Positions 53,546-64,000 of a stretch of DNA of 64,000 nucleotides are shown in pieces. A program made the position numbers and the translations under genes. Source of the DNA: Octopus sinensis. Lineage: Eukaryota. The notes under the pieces were generated by a model. It was not told the DNA's origin and did not search any database. It worked only from the letters and a program-made list of their open reading frames with translations. The stretch lies in contig NC_042999.1 of the NCBI RefSeq assembly GCF_006345805.1, forward strand, positions 96,596,001 to 96,660,000, written 5' to 3'. The first letter of the stretch is position 1. Each line of letters begins with the position of its first letter.

Positions 53546-55050
53546 GGTAGCGGGCATAAGACCAAGCTTCTACATTTGTGATACTGAGAACAACCTGATA
53601 GCAGACGGCCAAAAATAGAAACATTGCCACAACTGCCGTCACCAAAACACAATAACAACAAAGACTGCAACAGAGGGCAACCTCACTAGCAGCAACAACA
53701 ACAGCAATAATGTGAGCAACAGCAACCAAAATATCGGTAAGAACACCAGCTATAGCAGCTCAGTAACAACAAAACTACCTGCTGCAACCAAAACAGCTGC
53801 AGCAACAAAAACAACCGAATCAACAATATCAGTTGTAATAGAAGCAACACCATCAACAACAGCAATAGGAACCTCCAAGACAACAATCAAGGGACTTGCA
53901 ACTAAAACCCAACAAAATGTCTCCTAGGTTTTGCATCCCCACCCCAAGCAACGCACAAATACAAACATACGCAAGCGCAGACATACCTCTCCTTTCCTTG
54001 ACCTCAGAATTGTCTGATTTAGAGACATTGTCGTGTAATGAGATCGAGTCGAAAACCACCAAGGGAGGCCCTTGTAGTGGGGAAACACAAATAATGCAAG
54101 GAAAAGAAGGCCGAAAAATAAACAACAAAAGCAACAATATTAACAGCAAAAAGTTCAGAAGCCAAATACAAAATATATAAAAAGAAAACTACAGCAACTT
54201 ATCTATTGTAGGTTCAAACAAATGTAAGTTGATGGAGTACATATCACAAAGCAGAGACAAAATATAAACAGAAGGGGATGATTTTGTGGAACTTACAGCC
54301 ATAACACTAATAGAGAGACGACAACTATTGAAGAGGTCGGCAGATTTTTATGACACCAGCAGAATATTTTCCCACGCAGCGTGGGACGTTTCGCCAAAAC
54401 ACGAAAGAAAAACCATCTGAATAAGGCATTCAGGGAAACTTAACCCGTTATGAAGGCTGGATTACACATCCTTCAACAAGACTAAGGTAGTTTGACATTT
54501 CTCGCTTTCCCTTTTCTGACCAAATTGACTGTCCTCAAAGGAAGATGAGAATGTATACATATATTAAGTCTCGTGTCGACTTGAATGCAAAGTTACTTAA
54601 CGAACACAAACCTCAGGTCACTAGATAAAGCTATAGTAACCATCAGATAGACGACGATTCCCGCAACCTATTCGCTGGCATCCCATTCAGCAATTGCTAT
54701 TTGTATATACTTCGTTGTCGACCTGGTCTGAAGGACAGTGACTGTGTTGCCTTTGAAAGTTTTGGATTTTCATATAAGGAGGATTTAGTAAACCCGGAGG
54801 TTTAGTCGATGTGATGACCATAACCAGTTACAGTGAAGGTAGTGCGGCTTTTATACTGGTTTCCATCTATACTCTGACGTGAGTAGGTCTGCCGCTTAAC
54901 TCTTGGATTTTTGAAGCCCCTTTGGAAAAGTGTACTACAACTAACTAATTGAACTGCTTTGGACTCATAGCTCCAGATATTCATAAACTATTAACTACTG
55001 CAATGAATAACACCTTTCATTTCGAAGGGTCCATCTAGTCATTACATCGC

Positions 55051-55890
55051 CAGACTTGACAGAAGTAAATAGACACCACATAAAACGAAATTTGACGTGA
55101 AACCATTGCAGCCAACAATGAAATACGGCAGGTATTCTGTGATGGTCTGGGGAGCAATTTGGAGCAATGGTCGATCAGAGCTGGTAGAGTGTGAAGGAAA
55201 CATAAATTCAGATAAATAAGCCCATATTGCAGAAAGGACTCTTCCCCTCTTCTCCAGTCGTGGGGGCTCCGTGTTATGCGGCTAAGACGACCCAAGATTG
55301 GTTGGAAGAGAATGGCATTGAAAAGCTTCCATAGCCAAGCCATTCACCACATATGAACCCTATTGAACACAACTGGAGCATAATGGACAGGACACTTCGT
55401 AAAAGGAACAAGAAAGCATCTTCAAAGCAAGACCTATTGAGATTGCTGCATGAAATTCCTCATGCGAATATTTGTCATCTGGTCATATGGCGGCGAGCTG
55501 GCAGAACCGTTAGCATGCCGGGCGAAATGCGTAGGCGTATTTCGTCTGCCGTTACGTTCTGAGTTCAAATTCCGCCGAGGTCGACTTTGCCTTTCATCCT
55601 TTCGGGGTCGATAAATTAAGTACCAGTTACGCACTGGGGTCGATATAATCGACTTAATCCGTTTGTCTGTCCTCTCTGTGTTTAGCCCCTTGTGGGTAGT
55701 AAAGAAATATATATATTTGTCATCTGGTCAGCACCATGTCTAATAGGGTCCTTGCATTGAAAAATACAAAGGGTGCGTCTACTAAATATTAGATATTCAT
55801 ATTATAATAATAAATAATTTGAATGCATAATTTTAGGTTTAAATGAATTTTAACGATTATAAGGCTGTCTATTTACTTCTGTTATGTCTG
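55051..55890 (+). mobile_element. Tc1-type (DD34E-like) transposon, internally deleted, interrupted by a SINE
   Basis: 25-bp TIRs cagacttgacagaagtaaatagaca (55051) and tgtctatttacttctgttatgtctg (ends 55890); [50 protein letters not shown], then STMSNRVLALKNTKGASTKY* after the SINE. Confidence 0.9.
55486..55712 (+). mobile_element. SINE, family A, young, with 18-bp TSD
   Basis: Full body as at 46629; TSD atatttgtcatctggtca at 55468-55485 and 55713-55730. Confidence 0.95.
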
Positions 55891-55939
55891 TGCATATACA
55901 CCGGTTAGATCGCAGGGCACTCAACAGCTGTCACTCTTG

Positions 55940-56650
55940 TGTCTTGTCACCAGGTATATGGATGACATCCTGATAACATTATCTCACGAGGAGGCTGATA
56001 AAATATGCAATATGTTCAACAATATCGATGAACATATAAGATTTGAAGTGGAGCACTCCAAGAACACTGGTTTCATTTCTCTGCTTGATTTTTAACTTAA
56101 AATCCATCTCCATTAAGTTTTACAAGAAAACGGCGTTCAGGGGCCTATTTGTACATTGTAATTTATCCCTACCCATTAGAGCTAAGATGCCCTACAATAG
56201 AAATGATATTCAAAGGATACGCAGTAAATATAACGAGGCAGGAAGCAAAAAAGCACTACTACTCTACATACACCATTCAGAATTCGACGTGCGATCCTTG
56301 AGTGGGGACTGGAATATACGACTGGCACACTCTTCACTAAAAACAAGCCAAGACAAAACAACATCATATGTTCACTGTCCAATTGCCGATCAAAAATGAA
56401 AATATATTTCTGCGGTACCACATGGTGAATAAAATCACGTGTAGCAAATACAAAGAACTGTACATAGGAACTACCATCACACAATTGCACACACGGATTA
56501 AAGACCTCTATGCTAATGCTTCTTCCACCAGAAAAACACAAAAGGTGTTCAGGTTTCCAATGAAGCTACAGAAAGAAATATTGGAAACCTGAGGATAAAA
56601 GCAGCTATTTTATTTGAGAAATACACACCACGTGCAGTTTTTAATGTCAA
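55940..56650 (+). mobile_element. Degraded Penelope-like element (RT C-terminal half + GIY-YIG)
   Basis: RYMDDILI, EHIRFEVE...SLLDF, FYKKTAFRGLFVH, VNKITCSKYKELYIGTTITQLHTRIKD. Confidence 0.8.
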
Positions 56651-56708
56651 TGGTAGTTAAAAAGACATATGCGGAATGTTCCTTGTTAAAACTATCATAT
56701 ATTTTCTG

Positions 56709-56757
56709 TGCTCGGTTTATGATTAGTATGATGATCATACTAATCATAAACCGAGCA
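56709..56757. repeat. Perfect palindrome, 24-bp arms with 1-nt spacer
   Basis: tgctcggtttatgattagtatgat-g-atcatactaatcataaaccgagca. Confidence 0.95.
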
Positions 56758-56769
56758 ATAATACAGATT

Positions 56770-57960
56770 GATATTCTTATCTGAATCCCTGTTGTGATTT
56801 TAGTAAAGAGTGAGATGGGTTATGATGTCAAGAATTAGTATTTTTCGAAGTTGCATGGATGTACAAAGGAGGGTCATGGCTTGAGAGTTGTAATAATGTT
56901 TGCGTAACTTCCAGATTACGGTAATTTGTCACTGTTAATACAAATAAATTTTAGTATAGGTAAACGCAGTGACTCTTTCAAGACCTAGACTTTTCAGGTG
57001 TGAGCCCAAGGAATTTTCATTTTGTAGATTCATTTATTTGTAAAAAATAAAAATAGTGGGAGAATAAAAGCTTTGTGGTAGAAAGGAGTGGTCTAAATCG
57101 TGATCTAGGCAAAAGATGTGTATATTCAGTCTCGTGCTCCAGTTTTCAACTTTTGGTCTTTGGTTAGTGTTTGAGAAAATATCTGATAGGAATGTTTGCT
57201 TGCTGTTGAAGTGAAGGTTTATTACTTCCTGTTGTTTTGGGGCATGGAGGGGCATGGAGAGCAACTATGTTTTCTTGTTGCTGGTGTTGCTAATTAATAT
57301 AGGTAGTGTTAATTTTGTGACTTATGTTTGATACAAATGTACGCCAGGTTTCTGTTTCTCTAAAATTTTTTCATGTTTAGTTATTTGATGTGTTTTATTT
57401 CGGATGTGTGTGATTTTGATGTATAGTGTTTGAGATCCTCTTTGGTTTTTAAAACATTGGTTATCTTTGGAATGGAACAAGAGTTGTCTTTTTATGTTGC
57501 CTTCTAGGTGATTTTTAGATGTATCTATATTCATATTAAATGTATATACTGCAATGATTAAGCTGATAGATATAGAGTTGTTGAAATCTGAAAACTTTCA
57601 TCGTGTGTCTCCGTGGAATTTATTTCTTTTTATTCGTGGAGTTTGTTTCTTTGTGTTCATAGCAGTTTGTATAAAGGTTTTTGCTTTTGACGTTGATATG
57701 TATGTGCTTTATGATGATAATTGACCGGTAGTCTGAGGAGAGTTTTTTTTGCAGAGGTTGCCGTAGGTACATGTAACAACAGAAAGTTACCGTAGAGAAA
57801 GGGTTGTAGTTGATTGTAGTTGGATTGGTGAACTATGTGACTATATAAGCATGGATTTGGGGGATGTAAAGTGCCATTAATTGCATGATATTGCATCACT
57901 TCTTTTGTTATCTGTACTCTTTGAAAACTAGGAGGTGTTACGGCTTTGAATTTTCTCCAA
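56770..57960 (-). mobile_element. Possible very old PLE relic
   Basis: Strong strand asymmetry; weak translations such as INQLNHCSIHL (thumb-like) and PLYIHATS (YIGxT-like). Confidence 0.3.
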
Positions 57961-58030
57961 AGATTGTGTTCGTGAGAGTGCTAAAATACAATGGCAAAGG
58001 ACTAATCTGGTCAGATGTTTAGAGACGATG

Positions 58031-58059
58031 GTGTATGTATATATATGTCTGTGCATGTA

Positions 58060-58147
<88 letters not shown>

Positions 58148-58271
58148 AGGTAAACCGTTGCATAATTTAAATCTTGTATATATGAAGTTCTATGTTGTAT
58201 GGAAACATGTGTAGCGATTATTTAATAACTATCTAACCATACTGCTTCTTGTTGACTCTATTTTATTCAAT

Positions 58272-58323
<52 letters not shown>

Positions 58324-58565
58324 ATATATATATATGATATATATATATATATATATATACTTACATTATAGATACATATACATGTATATGCATATGAATA
58401 TATTTGTATGTATAGACATGATATATATGTGTGTGCATGTATGTATGTATGTATGTATGTATGTATGTATGTATGTATGTATGTATGTATGCATGTGTGT
58501 ATGTATGTATGTATATATGTATGTAAATGTCTATACATAAACGTACACGCAAATACGTATGTATA
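58031..58565. repeat. Compound (TA)n/(CA)n/(TATG)n microsatellites
   Basis: Direct reading. Confidence 0.9.
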
Positions 58566-58576
58566 TAGATTTCATC

Positions 58577-58948
58577 TTAAGTTTATCTCTATAAATTTTC
58601 TATAGAATTTAGAGCCTGCATTGCATGTCATGACGTTTCGTAAGCGAATACGTCTATGTAAACAATGCAATCGAAGGCAGAAAAATAGGTAATGGGTGTA
58701 TATGCATATTCAAAGAGTTATTGCTCTTTCATCAGCACCACATCCAACCCATCAACTATCTGTGAAGACATTGCTTAAATACCCACTAATTTTAGTGGTG
58801 TAACACAAATGGATAGATCAATTCACATATTAAGCATGTTCCTGGCAACTGGTGCTTACATGTTTACATAGACGCATCCGTTTACGAAACGGCGTAACTT
58901 GCAGTCCTGACACTAAATACAATTGAAAATCTATAGAGATAAACTTAA
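58577..58948. mobile_element. MITE-like element with ~88-bp imperfect terminal inverted repeats
   Basis: Left ttaagtttatctctataaattttc...cgtttcgtaagcgaatacgtctatgtaaaca (58577-58664) vs right tgtttacatagacgcatccgtttacgaaacg...gaaaatctatagagataaacttaa (58861-58948). Confidence 0.85.
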
Positions 58949-59490
58949 AAGTGAGAATATCGCACTGCTAACACAATATTGACTTGAAAACCTGTAATAT
59001 ACTAGATAGTATATTATGGTTGCAAAAAGAAATACTGTGTCCTTTCCAGCAATTAATAAATATATTTATCATATTAATGCGATTCGAGTGCATTTCTATT
59101 GTAGTGTCGGTTCCTATTAATTTGTGTTTGTGAAATGTGATAACAGTAACTGGAAGAAAAACTTTTCCGTTGTTGAGTTGTCTTAATGGCAATCCCTATC
59201 CTGAAAATGACCACTTCTTTAATCACTTTTGAATAAAAGAATTAAAAAAGTATCATATCATAGCTTATTAAAGTGGTAGAAAAACGCAGTTATCCTTTTT
59301 TTATTGTTTGAAAAGAGACACCAAAAGTAATGCGAAGTTTATGAACAAGAGCAATGGGGATAAAGTGAACCGATTTGGTAATTGGGAACATGCTTAGGTA
59401 GGTATTTAGGTAGGTACTGTTCATCTTCACTAGTCACATGGCTGTCCTAATTACATACTTTATTGCGAAATCAGGCGTTAGATCAATGAG

Positions 59491-59821
59491 ATTGGCGGTG
59501 CAGGGCAGATGGTCCATTCACAACATGTATAGAAGTAAAAAGCATTTGAGAACCTTCTCCCAAAAGAAGAAAACCCAAACAAGACAGCAGCAGCAACAGT
59601 GAGCCCATAAAGTTTTAATTGTTGTAGGAAGACCGTGCCTACTGCCGCTCCTTTCAAATCACTACCGGTTGCCGCTCGGAGTCTGGCCAGTGCAGAGAGA
59701 GGATGCCGAATTGCCTCATCTTCAACACAAGTAACAACAGAGTCTGATAGGTTTGGGCATCGAGAAGCCGAAGGTTCTTCTTCCTGTCCGTCACAAAGCT
59801 AATCAGAGATTCAGATTGCGG
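59491..59821 (+). promoter_or_regulatory. Candidate promoter and non-coding first exon
   Basis: ATTGG (reverse CCAAT) at 59491, TATAGAAG at 59528, locally GC/CpG-richer unique sequence, donor G|GTATGT at 59821/59822; all three frames closed. Confidence 0.3.
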
Positions 59822-60954
59822 GTATGTGCACATCTTTTATGTCATACTATTTTCCCCACTTCCCGTTAATCTATAAATATACCTAAACGTGTTTTATAAC
59901 TCCTGTATACAACGTTTTATAACTCTCTTTGTATGACTTTTTTCTGTATATTTAAATCTGTGGATCCATTAATGAGTCTAATGTTTTGGGTGACAGCTTC
60001 ACTTATAATATGTAATTTCACAGCACTATCGAACAAAGCTCTGTGTGCTCATATGTGCAAGATTTTATTTTGATTCACTTATTTTCTTTTGTGTTTATAG
60101 TACTTTATAAAATTTTAGAAAGCCTAGCAGTGCTATATTTTGTATAGTGGGGATGTTTGTAATTTAGGACATTCATTACGGGCTCGCTTGTATTTTACTT
60201 CTTCATTCTCAAGACAATTATCATTATAGGGTTTGATTCTGTTTTAACAGTTTGTGTAGATGTTCTGGTAATATCTAGTCGATTAGCCTTGATAACTCTG
60301 AATGCATGGATTAGCATACCCTAGATTAAGAGTGCTTTTCTATTGTCTGAAATGAGTTTTGGCCCCGGGATGTGTTTATGGCGGTATTCCTTAAAACCAC
60401 CTAAAATGCCTTTGTGTGAAATCATTAATTCTGTGATACCTAAAGATATATTCCTTTTTGGATAAGATCGGACTACCGGAGACAAAAGAGTTATTTGTTT
60501 TACCCCACTTCCACAGTTAATATATTAAGCTTCAGTTTTTAGTTGTCTCTAGTAAATAGATTTGATCCCCTACAACAATCACGCTTTTCGGCTATTATCG
60601 CGGTTTTCCTTTGCTGGGTTTACGTTTCTAAATTATTTTTCACATCTGTAGCTGTTGTTTCACCGTTCTCCACACAACTCTCGGTCATATCAACTTATTT
60701 TGTATTCGCAGGCTTGTTTAAAGACAGAAAACAACATTCCTTCCTTTTTTGTTCGTGGTTTCTATGTTTTGTGTTAGTTTTTTTTTTCCGTTGATAAATA
60801 ATTTCGTAGTTGTATAATGAATATTTTATAATAATTTTCTAGTCGCATAAGGCGCTTATCTGCCTGAATTAGTGGTAAATGTTCTTCACACTGCAGCAGT
60901 TGTAGCTAAACCATGAAACAGTGAAAATACCAACGTAGTTCATACACAGTACAG

Positions 60955-61095
60955 CCAGTAGAGTGTTTGACAAAATACCATGTAATATATAGTAACATTC
61001 TTTTATGTTCAGAGTTCAAATTCCAGGTTAATTTCGCCTTTCCTCCTTCTGAGATCGTTAAAATAAATACTAGGGTGGATGTGATTGAAATTACC
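60955..61095 (+). mobile_element. SINE, family A, old
   Basis: ttatgttcagagttcaaattccagg...gcctttcctccttctgagatcgttaaaataaatac. Confidence 0.6.
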
Positions 61096-61432
61096 CGACA
61101 AAGCAGAGTCTCAGTATAGCCACAATCATTGTTATTTCCCTTGCTTTACTGGAGAACAATAATGAAAGAATAAATTAACAAAAAGAATAACAATAAAGAC
61201 CAAAAAACTAGTAATGAGAAGAAAAGCATTAGCAACTGCAGAATGGGTATCAACAACAACAATGGTTACAACAGCAACGAAAAGAAGGAAAAAAAACTAC
61301 AGTGACAACAACAATGACTGCATCCGGGAAAACAACAACTACGGTATTGAAATGGAGTATTAACAACGTGTTAAGATTAGGGTATTTGAGCAAATATTTA
61401 TGTTGGCATATTGCAGTTTAGATCTAATAGGA

Positions 61433-61435
<3 letters not shown>

Positions 61436-61506
<71 letters not shown>
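61436..61506. repeat. (TA)n microsatellite
   Basis: Direct reading. Confidence 0.95.
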
Positions 61507-61511
<5 letters not shown>

Positions 61512-62696
61512 GTGGAAATGCCTTACACAAGCAATATGAGTGCATCAATTATTTTAATACACACACACATACATATATATATGCCTGTGTCTGCATGTGT
61601 AAATTATACACATAGATATAATACGTGTTATACAAATATGCAAAAGAAATCTGAATTGCATCATTTATAGTATACTATTTCCATGCATTCTTGCTGTCGC
61701 CTCCATCAACGCCAAGAACTGCAGATATCAGTCTCGTTCACTCTTTCATGTTTCCCACATAAACGCCATCCATATGCAAGTCAGACACGATACACCAAAC
61801 CTGCCCCACATCCATGAACAATGACTTTGAAAACATTCTTTAATGGGGTTATGCAAACCTTTCAACGGCACAAAGAATAATTATACCACATATCAATGAG
61901 ACACTTTAAGTCTCCACCCTATTTGATACTTATTTTTAACCCGTAATAAAACTGTCAACTGGTGATATCTATGGAGGTTACTCGATATGTGACTTAGCTA
62001 GAACTACATCCGAAAGATTTTCTCTTGGTGATTAGGAAATACATCTGCTCACTTTCTATAGAACTCAAATAGGGGCTTATAATGGATTCCTACCCCTACA
62101 GTTCGGATAGTGTTGCTGCTGCGCACACCACCTCTTTGGTACCATTCAAAAGGAAGCTGACTAGGAAGGATTCACTGATCAAGTCCCACAGATATACAGG
62201 ATTTTCATTTTCGTTGTTCTACATGTCTTTATTGACTTTATAACATGCATAAATAAACCTGCACCCATCCAAAATATTTAACACACATTTCTTATTAATG
62301 TTGCTATTATAATTTCATTTGTAACCAAATTCTATTTGAATATAATCTACAACTTTCCCTGTGCACATGCTTAAATATTTAGGTACTGAGAACAGCTTGC
62401 TCCCTTAACCCATCGCATATGAGCCTAAGAACATTAATTAGTTGTTTTATATATACATCTGATTATAATTTGATCGCGTATGTATGCGTCTGTATATTTG
62501 TGCACATACAAATCTTTTCTAAAGTTCACTATAGAAATCTAGAAATATCTTAATACCAACAACGACATTTTTTTTCTTTATTAGAAATCATTCCTTCCGT
62601 TTTACGAAATAAGAAATTATTCTGTGCATTCCTGCGTGTCTGTTTAGTCTATATGTTACGCTTACGTCAAGGGCGGTAAAGACTCGAATGGAGAAG

Positions 62697-62721
62697 TATA
62701 TATGTATATATATATATATAT

Positions 62722-62774
<53 letters not shown>

Positions 62775-62830
62775 ATAGATAGATAGAGAGAGAGAGATAG
62801 ATAAATAGAGAGAGAGAGAGAGAGAGAGAG
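62697..62830. repeat. (TA)n(GA)n(GATA) compound microsatellite
   Basis: Direct reading. Confidence 0.95.
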
Positions 62831-62989
62831 GGGGCAGAAGAGGAAACTAAGACATAGAGAGAAAGAGTGGAACTGTTTATATTAGCCTGCATTTATGTGT
62901 TTACATCGCAGGCACAGTCGAAATGTTTAACATGATGAAAATGCCATGAAGATCTATAAAATTAGGCATTAAAATATATATCGATATAT

Positions 62990-63388
62990 AGTTAAAATAA
63001 TTGAAAGGTAGTTTTCCTTTGATCCTAGCCTTCTTTAATATATTGGCACTGCATCCTCAGTATGGTCATCTTATTCTTGTGATATAGCTCGTCCCATTAC
63101 TTCTGCTTCATCTGCTGGGAATGAATTTACATTTACACTTTGCTCTATGTCTTCACTGCTGTCATTCACTTCTCTGTCATCGCTGAGCACTTTATCTGTT
63201 GGTTAAGTATTATTACTGTTTTCTACTTACCTTTTTATCTCTTCAATTTCCATGTCTATTAACCAGGTTTTTGCTTTTATTGCTCTTGCCTGGTCTGCTA
63301 GCAGTTGTTCACTTATTTCGAAGACTCCTGTTTCATTCCATTTTGCTTTCATGCGTTGTCGGAATCCCCTTCTACCGGGTTCGATAAT
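62990..63388 (-). mobile_element. R4/Dong-type ORF N-terminal fragment
   Basis: PGRRGFRQRMKAKWNETGVFEISEQLLADQARAIKAKTWLIDMEIEEIKR resembles the R4/Dong N-terminal motif (RGYRxRM..W...SEQRLADQ.R.I....L...E...I, from memory), followed by an acidic linker with stops. Confidence 0.7.
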
Positions 63389-63421
63389 ATTATCATTATG
63401 ATTATGATTATCATTATTATT

Positions 63422-63835
63422 GAGTGAGAGAGCAGTGCATGCCATCAAGGTGAAACTGGAGTAAATATACGAAGCCCAGTATACCCATCGTGACTACCTG
63501 TCTGATAAGGGTACACCAGGCATATGCAACACAACCATATGTGCGCGACAGTGATCTTATATCAAGATAAACAGTGCACGATCTTGCAGATGGGGCCTAG
63601 TATGATGCTCCCCCATTACTTCTGCCCGTGATCAGAAACGCACATATTTTCAACCATTAAGGGACATGCTCAACTGGTTAAAGTCAAACAACTGACAAGC
63701 AAATCTGTGGTATTGAGCAGAATATTTGCTGTAGCCCATCTTTTATACCATGACAAAACAATGTAGAGGGTAACACTTCCAATCAATTAGCAAGAAAAGC
63801 CATGAAAGCCACTGCCTGGTACTGCAGCAGAGCAT
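63422..63835 (-). mobile_element. (ATT)n-embedded non-coding repeat (copy 4, internal deletion of ~130 bp)
   Basis: Same sequence as copies 2 and 3; jumps from ggggcctagt to atgatgctcccc. Confidence 0.9.
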
Positions 63836-63853
63836 TTATTATTATTATTATTA

Positions 63854-63907
<54 letters not shown>

Positions 63908-63938
63908 CATCCTCATCATCATTATTATTATTGTTATT

Positions 63939-63976
<38 letters not shown>
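63836..63976. repeat. (ATT)n/(CAT)/(GTT)n microsatellite followed by the start of a family A SINE at the window edge
   Basis: Direct reading; aaggcagcgaatgggcaga at 63978 resembles the SINE head. Confidence 0.9.
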
Positions 63977-63977
<1 letters not shown>

Positions 63978-64000
63978 AAGGCAGCGAATGGGCAGACATT

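Overview
AT-rich, repeat-saturated eukaryotic genomic DNA. The microsatellite load and SINE/LINE families are most consistent with an octopus/cephalopod genome (inference, not verified). I found no intact host protein-coding gene, and most track ORFs are microsatellite translations. The window holds: a CR1-like LINE split by a Buster-type hAT with a perfect 8-bp TSD; several L1/Tx1-like relics; six R4/Dong-type RLE retrotransposon pieces, mostly next to (ATT)n arrays; four or five Penelope-like elements (PLEs), two with minimal hammerhead-ribozyme motifs; two Tc1/mariner elements; a MITE-like element; and two SINE families. Most interesting: (1) a ~540-bp non-coding element with no TIRs or recognisable tRNA head, present four times, always embedded in (ATT)n with the same polarity as neighbouring Dong copies (candidate Dong-dependent non-autonomous element or Dong 5' module); (2) a Neptune-type PLE in a (TA)n tract bracketed by a ~99%-identical 245-bp inverted duplication of the adjacent mariner end; (3) hammerhead motifs sharing a non-canonical architecture. 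Two weak host-exon candidates lie at ~43.0-43.3 kb and ~59.5-59.8 kb. Boundaries of degraded elements are approximate and were read by eye.
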